NCBI GenBank assembly: GCA_028875135.1
Contig: JAPPFQ010000149.1
Coordinates: 1-36,111, forward strand
Direction: 5' to 3'
DNA: 36,111 bases
DNA from: Acidobacteriota bacterium
GTDB taxonomy: Bacteria; Acidobacteriota; Terriglobia; Versatilivoradales; Versatilivoraceae
The notes beneath the pieces are model-generated. The model was not told the origin of the DNA and did not search any database. It saw only the letters and a list, made by a program, of their open reading frames with translations. Shown one piece after another: positions 1-6,004 of the stretch (positions within the stretch are counted from its first letter, which is position 1; every line of letters starts with the position of its first letter). A program made the position numbers and the translations under genes.

Positions 1-776
1 CCTACTACTCGCTCGGCAGCGACCAGGTTGTCCTTCCCGAAAAGAGCCAGTTTCCGTCCGCCGACCACTACTACCAGACGGCCCTGCACGAACTGGGTCA
101 CGCCAGCGGCCATCCCGGCCGGCTCAACCGCGAGACGCTCCAGAAGGGCCTCGAGGACGGATTCGGCTCCGAGTCCTACGCCCGCGAGGAACTGCGGGCT
201 GAGATCAGCGCAATGATGACCGGAGACCGGCTGGGCACCGGACACGATCCGAGTCGGGGAGCGGCCTACGTTTCAGGCTGGGTCGAAGTGCTGGACAAGA
301 ACCCTCAGGAAATCGTCAACGCTTCGGCTGATGCCCAGCGCATGTCCAACTACCTCATCAGCCGCACCCAAGAGCGCCAGCAGGAACAGGGGGGAAAGAC
401 ACAGAACGGGCCTGTTTCCGGACAACAGCCAGACCGGCAATACCATATTGTTCCGGTTCCACACCGGACCGGCGTTTACCGTATCCAGGACGCCCAAGAC
501 CCCAACCGTCCGGTCCCCAGTCCCTACGGGGGAATGTACGGCCCCAGGGACGATGCCGAGCGGGCCATCGAGAGGCTTCACCAGGACCGGAAGCAGGGCC
601 GGCGCGCGCCCGAGCCCGTCCGGGCGGCCCGGGGCGCTATCGTCGAAAGACCTTCCAAACTCGGAAGAACCGAGTCTTTCGTCACCTCTTCCCGTGACGG
701 AGCCGTTGTCCGGGGATCCGGGCGCCCTGGCGTCCGGCAAGACCAGTTCCCCAGCCGCACAACCCCCGAGAGGTAA
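1..776 (+). CDS. ardC: ArdC-like antirestriction/ssDNA-binding metalloprotease, C-terminal part (5' end lies outside the window)
   Basis: Frame 3 is open from base 3. The translation YYSLGSDQVVLPEKSQFPSADHYYQTALHELGHASGHPGRLNRETL... carries the HExxH-type motif HELGHASGH and parallels residues of the full-length copy at 23162..24619 (about 80% nt identity by eye). Confidence 0.8.
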   Translation, partial: YYSLGSDQVVLPEKSQFPSADHYYQTALHELGHASGHPGRLNRETLQKGLEDGFGSESYAREELRAEISAMMTGDRLGTGHDPSRGAAYVSGWVEVLDKNPQEIVNASADAQRMSNYLISRTQERQQEQGGKTQNGPVSGQQPDRQYHIVPVPHRTGVYRIQDAQDPNRPVPSPYGGMYGPRDDAERAIERLHQDRKQGRRAPEPVRAARGAIVERPSKLGRTESFVTSSRDGAVVRGSGRPGVRQDQFPSRTTPER

Positions 777-779
777 CCC

Positions 780-1769
780 ATGAGCCGCTGGCCCCCCGAT
801 ATTGACCCTCGCAAGCCGCCGCCTCGTCGGGCCGCCGTTGAACGGACCGATGGCAAACAAAGCGCAGAGGACGGCCGGATTCAACAGCAGGCCAGAGAGC
901 GATGCAAACAGTCTGGACGGTGCTCCCGCAACCATCGGAAGGTCGATTTACGCACCGGCCATCGCCGTGAGTTGGGCCGCACCCGCCACAAAGGCCTGGA
1001 CATCACCGAGCGGACCCATGCCTGCCTCCAGGAAGTGGGCCTTTACCGCTGCGCCTCGCACTGCGACCTGGTCGAGGCCCACTTCTCGGGCAACCGCTTC
1101 GCCGGCGCCAAAGGCCTCCAGCGCCTGGTCCGCTCCGGAGCCATGCAGGAGCACCAGGTCCGCGGCCCCAAGGGAGGCAGCTTCACCCTCTACACGCTGA
1201 CCAAAGCGGGAGCCGCCCTGGCCAAACGCCTTGCCGTCAAGCACGGCCTTGACTCCGAGCAGCGGGCCTGGTCCGGCATGGTGAAGCCCCGCGAGGCGTC
1301 CCACGACGCCGATGTCGCCAAGGCCTGCCGCAAGGAGATCGAGGCCCTCACTGCCCGGGGAGCCCGGCTCCGACGCATCCTGATCGACGCCGAGCTGAAA
1401 GGCATCCTGGCGAAACAGAGCGAAACTGCCCGCGCCCGGCACGGCAAGGAAGAAGCCGACCGTGCCAGGCGCAAAGCGGCTACCGAGCTGCACCTGCCCT
1501 GTGACGACCAGGGCCACGTGCAGATTCCCGATGCGCAAATTCAATACGTTGACGAGGCCGGGAACCTCGGCCGCGTCAATGTCGAGGTGGGGACCGACCA
1601 TTACCGGGAGGCCAGCGTCAAGGCCAAGAGCGCTGGCGGTTTCTCGATGCACGGCGGAAAGGGCGGCCAGGCACCGAACACCCGCACCAGCCTGTCCTCG
1701 CTGGGAGGCGGAGGAGGACGAAGGGGCGGCGGGCGCAGCAGCGGCGATCCCGCCTCGGTGGAGATTTGA
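780..1769 (+). CDS. Replication-relaxation-like winged-helix protein (function inferred)
   Basis: The ATG lies 3 nt after the ardC stop; 329 aa. The N-terminal wHTH-like segment (ERTHACLQEVGLYRCASHCDLVEAHF...LQRLVRSGAM) is followed by SHDADV...PDAQIQYVDEAGNLGRVNVEV, a pattern resembling Replic_Relax / PD-(D/E)xK-like proteins. It has a Gly/Arg-rich tail and a paralogue at 24623..25657. Confidence 0.6.
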   Translation: MSRWPPDIDPRKPPPRRAAVERTDGKQSAEDGRIQQQARERCKQSGRCSRNHRKVDLRTGHRRELGRTRHKGLDITERTHACLQEVGLYRCASHCDLVEAHFSGNRFAGAKGLQRLVRSGAMQEHQVRGPKGGSFTLYTLTKAGAALAKRLAVKHGLDSEQRAWSGMVKPREASHDADVAKACRKEIEALTARGARLRRILIDAELKGILAKQSETARARHGKEEADRARRKAATELHLPCDDQGHVQIPDAQIQYVDEAGNLGRVNVEVGTDHYREASVKAKSAGGFSMHGGKGGQAPNTRTSLSSLGGGGGRRGGGRSSGDPASVEI

Positions 1770-1770
1770 C

Positions 1771-2085
1771 ATGCACCCATGGAGGGTCAGCTTCGGCCTG
1801 ACCTGCATGCTGTCCGCCCTGGGGGTCCTGTTCGGCTTCGAGCGGCTGGTATATCTGAGGCCCTACGCTTCCCTGATCTGGGAGCAGTATGCGGGCCTGA
1901 TCCTTGCGCACCTCGTGGTGCTTGTCCTGTCGGTAGCCGCCGGCATCCACTACCTGGCGCGCCTCGTGGGCCTGGGCGATGCCGGCCGCAAGGTCGAGCA
2001 GGTCGAGCTCGCAGTTCGGCGCGGTGAGGGTGATCGCGAACTGGCCGCCGCCCTGCAGCGCGACAGTGAAGGAAGATGGGAATAG
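1771..2085 (+). CDS. Small membrane protein (two hydrophobic helices plus a charged C-terminus)
   Basis: The ATG is 1 nt after the upstream stop (TGAcATG); 104 aa, MHPWRVSFGLTCMLSALGVLFGF... A conserved paralogue lies at 25659..25973. The longer ORF-track version (1462..) overlaps the upstream gene and was trimmed. Confidence 0.65.
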   Translation: MHPWRVSFGLTCMLSALGVLFGFERLVYLRPYASLIWEQYAGLILAHLVVLVLSVAAGIHYLARLVGLGDAGRKVEQVELAVRRGEGDRELAAALQRDSEGRWE

Positions 2086-2171
2086 GCTATCTTATCGGCC
2101 TGGGAATCGGCCTTCTGGTTGGAGGCCTGCTGGGCTTGGTGTGTTACATCGGCCTCACCTGGAACAAGTGA
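2076..2171 (+). CDS. Conserved 31-aa hydrophobic mini-protein (below the ORF-track cut-off)
   Basis: MGIGYLIGLGIGLLVGGLLGLVCYIGLTWNK. The ATG sits just upstream of, and overlaps, the stop region of the preceding gene (GATGGGAATAG). A homologous mini-ORF with conservative substitutions lies at 25964..26059. Confidence 0.55.
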   Translation: MGIGYLIGLGIGLLVGGLLGLVCYIGLTWNK

Positions 2172-2192
2172 ACCCACCCCGAGGGAGGGCTT

Positions 2193-3041
2193 ATGGGAAC
2201 CACCTTGCAGGAACAGCTCGACTGGTTGAATGAGGCCCGGGAGGCCGACGCAGATCTTGGTTTCCGGGGCCGCATGTTGGCCCCTTGCAGCCTGCCTTGC
2301 ACCGACCAAGGGATTCTCTCCCACTTCGTGCGCGCCAACGTCACCTTCACCTTGGCGATTAGCGCCGTTGGAAACACTATGTTCCCCTGCAGGGACCTCC
2401 CGCGCCTGCTGCTGTCCTGGGTCGGCACCGAGGCCGTGCGCACGGGTCGGCGCGTGCTCGTGCTTCGCAAGGGTTTCCGCGGCTTCATGGTCCGCCCGGG
2501 AATTCACAGCGACGGCGGGGATCCCCGCCGCCGGCTCCGCAAACAGATGAAGCGACTCTTTAGCTCCGCCACCATATCGATCCACTATCGGGGAAACCAC
2601 AAATCTGTCCGTCTGGCTGGCGACAAGGCAGTCTTCTGGCGGGACTATGACCGTCTCATTCCGAGCGAAGTCCGCCTGTCCCGGCCCTTTTTCGACTCCA
2701 CTGTGCGCCGGTCGGTCCCGGTCGGACTCAACTGCCTTCACGCCTTGCGCCGGTCCACCCTGGGCCTCGATCTCTACCTTTGGCTCACCTGCCGCACCTT
2801 CTCGCTCACTGACGCGCTCGCTTTGACCCGGGCACAGGTCTACGCCAGTATGGCCCTTTCCCTCAGAAGGCTGGCGACAACCTCACCGTCCGGAACTATC
2901 GCAGAAAAGTGCCTCGGGGAACTGAAGAAAATCAAGCTCAACTGGCCCGAGGTCAACGACGCCACCGAGCCATGGCGGCTCAATCTCCACCGGACACCGG
3001 CGCAGATCCTGCCCGGTCAAAGGCCGGACGCTTACGCCTGA
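2193..3041 (+). CDS. Plasmid replication initiator, RepA_C-like (possibly degenerate)
   Basis: 282 aa with the SD-like GAGGGAGGG upstream. The blocks LPRLLLSWVGTEAVRTGRRVL, RRRLRKQMKRLF and VPVGLNCLHALRRSTLGLDLYLWLTCR match my recollection of conserved RepA_C (PF04796) blocks. Confidence 0.55.
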   Translation: MGTTLQEQLDWLNEAREADADLGFRGRMLAPCSLPCTDQGILSHFVRANVTFTLAISAVGNTMFPCRDLPRLLLSWVGTEAVRTGRRVLVLRKGFRGFMVRPGIHSDGGDPRRRLRKQMKRLFSSATISIHYRGNHKSVRLAGDKAVFWRDYDRLIPSEVRLSRPFFDSTVRRSVPVGLNCLHALRRSTLGLDLYLWLTCRTFSLTDALALTRAQVYASMALSLRRLATTSPSGTIAEKCLGELKKIKLNWPEVNDATEPWRLNLHRTPAQILPGQRPDAYA

Positions 3042-3379
3042 GTGTACGTCTTATGTCTCCACTGCCCTGCTGCGCTTCTCTCCCGGTGACTGCTGGGCCT
3101 CCAGCCTTCCCAAGTCGCTTCACTGCCCCATCCTTCACTCGGGCCTTTGGTTGCCTCCAGTCGCTCGCCTGGCGCTTGGTCCGCTGGGCCGGCGCAATCC
3201 AGCCGCCAGAACGCTTACGCTCGCCCAACGGGCGTCTGTCAACGTGGCTTGCCCATGCCGGCCTGGCGCGGCCCTCGACTGGGCTCCGCTTCGTCCTCCC
3301 GCTCGGGTTTGGCCGGTGCCGCCAGTCCTGGGTGAGCGGCACACGCTCACAAACCCTTAACGCTTAGGAGGAACAACCA

Positions 3380-3655
3380 ATGGCAAACCAAAGACCCATC
3401 GAGACCGTTCGGATCGGATCCGTCAAGGCCGCGATTTGGGGAATTCAGGCTGGCGAGCGCACGCGCTACAACGTCACCTTCTCGAAGCGCTACCGCGACG
3501 CGCAAGGGCAGTGGAAGACGACGCACAGCTTCGGCCGCAACGACCTGCTGGTTCTCGCCAAGGTCGCCGATCAAGCCCACTCCCAGATTCTCGTTCTCGA
3601 AGCGGAGCAGGCCGAAGACACCAACGGCCAGGATGACGACGATGAGCCGCCATAG
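3380..3655 (+). CDS. Small PC4/YdbC-like ssDNA-binding protein candidate with an SSB-like acidic tail (function speculative)
   Basis: The SD is strong (TTAGGAGGAACAACCAATG); 91 aa. The beta-rich core IETVRIGSVKAAIWGIQAGERTRYNVTFSKRYRDAQGQWKTTHSFGRNDLLVL resembles the PC4-like pattern. The C-terminus is QDDDDEPP. Confidence 0.6.
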   Translation: MANQRPIETVRIGSVKAAIWGIQAGERTRYNVTFSKRYRDAQGQWKTTHSFGRNDLLVLAKVADQAHSQILVLEAEQAEDTNGQDDDDEPP

Positions 3656-3661
3656 CTCGGC

Positions 3662-3686
3662 GGGCGGCGGGTCACTCCCGCCGCCC
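3662..3686 (+). terminator. Perfect 10-bp GC hairpin downstream of 3380..3655
   Basis: GGGCGGCGGG-TCACT-CCCGCCGCCC starts 7 nt after the stop and is followed by TTCCCTTCCC (no clean U-tract). Confidence 0.5.
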
Positions 3687-3733
3687 TTCCCTTCCCGGCT
3701 CGCTTGACCTATTATCTACCTGGAGACACTGAA

Positions 3734-4063
3734 ATGACCGACTTTGAAACCGCCACCTTGACCGCCCAATACGCCACCGCCATCGCCCAGGTCCTGATCG
3801 GGCTCGGCCAGATCGCCGTGGTCTGGTACGGCATCAACCGCATGGTGTCAGCTAACGATGCCCGTGCCCTGGCTGGCGACCGGCAGGAGCGGGAAAGCGA
3901 ACGCCGCCACGCCGAAAGCATGGCCGCCCTGCAAGGGCTGATCCGAGGCCTGGATAACCAGGGCGAGGCGTTGAAGAATCAGGGCCAGGCCTTGAGCCGG
4001 CAGGGCCTGGCGCTCGAAACCCTGATCGCCCGGACCGGCGGCAGCGGGACCGCGACCGCGTGA
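3734..4063 (+). CDS. Small membrane-anchored coiled-coil protein (N-terminal TM)
   Basis: ATG preceded by GGAGA; 109 aa. The hydrophobic segment AIAQVLIGLGQIAVVWYGI is followed by the heptad-like repeats NQGEALK NQGQALS RQGLALE. The ORF-track TTG start at 3704 lacks an SD and was rejected. Confidence 0.6.
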   Translation: MTDFETATLTAQYATAIAQVLIGLGQIAVVWYGINRMVSANDARALAGDRQERESERRHAESMAALQGLIRGLDNQGEALKNQGQALSRQGLALETLIARTGGSGTATA

Positions 4064-4169
4064 CGGTCCCTCCTGGATTCCGGACGTCGCGTTTGTGACG
4101 TCCGGATTTCCTTCGACACACCGAGCCACTTTCTCCCGCGATACGGGATACCTTCCCTCCACTCAACTT

Positions 4170-4203
4170 CCACAGGCGGCGGGGCTTCGCCCCTGAGAGA
4201 GAG
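4170..4203 (+). repeat. Intergenic hairpin repeat, forward copy (CCACAGGCGGC-GGGGC-TTC-GCCCC-TGAGAGAGAG)
   Basis: Member of a six-locus family (4170, 5936 rev, 13395, 17949 rev, 21637, 23087). It lies 3' of the gene 3734..4063. Confidence 0.7.
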
Positions 4204-4350
4204 CAGATCGGGAGGGGAAAGAGTCCGTAGGATGCCCTGTGAGCGACTTTCTCAGGCTCCGACGACCTGTAGCACTCGGGAAATCGAGCCGGCCACGGCG
4301 GGAGCTAGCCGCCGCGAGGCACAAGATGTTGTGGTCGAGGATTCAGCCGG

Positions 4351-4599
4351 CTAGAGTAGCTTCGTCAAGCCTACAATCAAGGCGACAATGCCGGCCCCCT
4401 GAATCCACAAGGCCCGGAAGACTTCAGCCTTGAGGTCGGCGATGTCGGTCTTGACTTCTGCGATGTCGGTCTTGGTAGCGACCGTATCGGTGAAGGCCTC
4501 GGCCAGGGTGTCCACCACCGCGTCGGCCTGACCTTCCGCGAATCCGGCTGCCTGGAGGGTGCGGACAGCCTTGCGAGTGTCAAACGTGATAGTAGCCAT
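4351..4599 (-). CDS. DUF1640-like coiled-coil protein with a C-terminal TM
   Basis: 82 aa from the ATG preceded by GGAAGGAAG. MATITFDTRKAVRTLQAAGFAEGQADAVVDTL...ATKTDIAEVKTDIADLKAEV is followed by a hydrophobic tail. Paralogues lie at 5617..5904 and 13487..13792. Confidence 0.75.
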   Translation of the reverse strand: MATITFDTRKAVRTLQAAGFAEGQADAVVDTLAEAFTDTVATKTDIAEVKTDIADLKAEVFRALWIQGAGIVALIVGLTKLL

Positions 4600-4677
4600 G
4601 AGCTTCTTCCTTCCCCAAAGTCTACCACACCTTCCCACCTAAACCAGACGTAATTACGCAGGCACGAAATAATGTGG

Positions 4678-4705
4678 TTGCGTAGACGCGCATCTGTGGT
4701 ATTGT
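4678..4705 (+). promoter_or_regulatory. Candidate sigma70-type promoter for parA (TTGCGT-16 nt-TATTGT); would give a near-leaderless mRNA
   Basis: The -10 element ends 9 nt before the parA ATG and no SD precedes that ATG. The perfect palindrome CGTAATTACG lies at 4649-4658 just upstream. Confidence 0.3.
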
Positions 4706-4714
4706 GTTTTAACG

Positions 4715-5329
4715 ATGCGCACGATTGTCATTGCAGCTCGCAAAGGCGGAGCCGGCAAAACCACCCTTACCCGCAACCTGGCGGTTGCCGCATGCGAGGC
4801 CGGCCAGCGGGTGCTGTGCCTCGATCTCGATCCCCAGGCCTCGCTTCGTGGTTGGTGGGACAGACGGGAAGTGGAGTCCCCCTCGATGCTTGACCGTGAC
4901 CCCCAGCCAGCCGAGATACAGGCCGCCCTGGAGGCCGTGGCCGAGGCCTTCGACCTGTGTCTGATCGACACCCCGCCCACTAGGGCCGAATGGCTGAACG
5001 AGGCGCTGGTGAACGCGGACCTGGTATTGATTCCGGTACGGCCGTCTCCGGACGACCTGAGCGCCGTTGGCAACACACTCGCCGGCGTGAGCCGAGCGAG
5101 GATACCGTTTGCCTTCGTCCTGTCGCAGACACCCCGCGCCAGGATCACCGACGAAGCAGCTCGCGTCCTGGCGCAGCACGGCCGAGTGGCCCCGGTCAAC
5201 ATCAGCCATCGCGTCGTCTATGCTGAGACCGGGGCGACCGGCGAGGGAGTCACGGAAACCGGGAACAAGAAAGCCGCCGCAGAATTTGTGGCCTTGTGGG
5301 ATTACCTGAAAGGAATGCTCGATGGCTAA
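4715..5329 (+). CDS. parA: ParA/Soj-family partition ATPase
   Basis: 204 aa with the deviant Walker A KGGAGKTT near the N-terminus (MRTIVIAARKGGAGKTTLTRNLA) and LDLDPQ. Confidence 0.9.
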   Translation: MRTIVIAARKGGAGKTTLTRNLAVAACEAGQRVLCLDLDPQASLRGWWDRREVESPSMLDRDPQPAEIQAALEAVAEAFDLCLIDTPPTRAEWLNEALVNADLVLIPVRPSPDDLSAVGNTLAGVSRARIPFAFVLSQTPRARITDEAARVLAQHGRVAPVNISHRVVYAETGATGEGVTETGNKKAAAEFVALWDYLKGMLDG

Positions 5330-5564
5330 AAAACCCCTAGGGCTCGATGGATTGCTGAAAGGCGATGCGCCCCAACAGGAATCCGCTCCACGTCAAGCCC
5401 CATCGACTCCCGTGCAAAAGCAACCTGGTGAGAAGCGTGTAACCGTTGCCCTGGATGGAGCGACCTATCGCCGCCTGCGGCTGTACGCCGCCAACACGGA
5501 CTTGACCCACCAGACAATTCTTGAACGCGCACTTGCACAGTATCTGAATAACGCAAATGCGTAA
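5322..5564 (+). CDS. Ribbon-helix-helix protein, probable ParG-like centromere-binding partner
   Basis: 80 aa, overlapping the parA stop (ATGGCTAA). It has a disordered N-terminus and then the RHH-like KRVTVALDGATYRRLRLYAANTDLTHQTILERALAQYL. Confidence 0.55.
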   Translation: MAKKPLGLDGLLKGDAPQQESAPRQAPSTPVQKQPGEKRVTVALDGATYRRLRLYAANTDLTHQTILERALAQYLNNANA

Positions 5565-5616
5565 TTGCGCGAACGAGGCCGGGTGACGCTCACGAACATC
5601 TACCGCTGCGCCAATA

Positions 5617-5904
5617 TCAAAAGAAGGCGATCTTGAGAAGCAGGAGGATAATGGCCGGGCCGAAGAAGTACTTGACGATCTTGAGATCCGCTTTCACCCC
5701 TGCAATTTCAGCCTTCAGATCGGCGATGTCGGTCTTGACTTCTGCGATGTCGATCTTGACTTCTGCGATGTCGGTCTTGGTAGCGACCGTATCGGTGAAG
5801 GCCTCGGCCACGGACTGCACGATGGCTTCGGCGTGCGCCTCCTCGATGCCGGCGGCCTTGAGTTTGCGGCTGGCTTTCAGGGTGTCGAATACGGCGGTGG
5901 TCAT
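5617..5904 (-). CDS. DUF1640-like coiled-coil protein with a C-terminal TM
   Basis: 95 aa from MTTAVFDTLKASRKLKAAGIEEAHAEAIV... It contains three 21-bp (7-aa) tandem units, TDIAEVK/IDIAEVK/TDIADLK, and shares a tract of about 69 nt identical with 4437-4505. Confidence 0.75.
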   Translation of the reverse strand: MTTAVFDTLKASRKLKAAGIEEAHAEAIVQSVAEAFTDTVATKTDIAEVKIDIAEVKTDIADLKAEIAGVKADLKIVKYFFGPAIILLLLKIAFF

Positions 5905-5935
5905 GCCCTTACTCCCATGGCAAGAGTTTAGCACA

Positions 5936-5967
5936 CTCTCTCAGAGGCGCACCCCCCCCGCCTGTGG
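5936..5967 (-). repeat. Intergenic hairpin repeat, reverse-orientation copy
   Basis: CTCTCTCAGAGGCGCACCCCCCCCGCCTGTGG is a degenerate reverse complement of the 4170-type motif. It lies 3' of the minus-strand gene 6005..6898. Confidence 0.6.
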
Positions 5968-6004
5968 CGCAGGCCGCCCTGACTTTCCCGGTGCTGCAGG
6001 TCGT

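Larger units (their letters stand above)
1..2171 (+). repeat. Diverged (about 80% identical by eye) paralogue of 23721..26059 (ardC 3' part, wHTH gene, membrane gene, mini-ORF)
   Basis: Direct comparison of bases 1-60 with 23721-23780 gives about 49/60 matches. Gene-by-gene protein colinearity holds, with indels in the ArdC C-terminal linker. Confidence 0.85.

Noticed and set aside
2909-3367. Cluster of overlapping ORFs in the junction leader (2909..3367, 2980..3342, 3135..3350, 3147..3335, 3151..3360 and the copies at 28646-28961)
   Set aside because: Several overlapping frames on both strands are open at once. There is no SD, and the translations are Arg/Pro/Ala-rich. The region is treated as non-coding leader.
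4239-4433. ORFs running through the conserved non-coding blocks (4239..4433 and 26007..26312) as a conserved small protein
   Set aside because: Only the two short nucleotide blocks are shared. The intervening 'protein' differs in length and sequence, is Arg-rich junk, and overlaps the convergent DUF1640 gene at the first locus.
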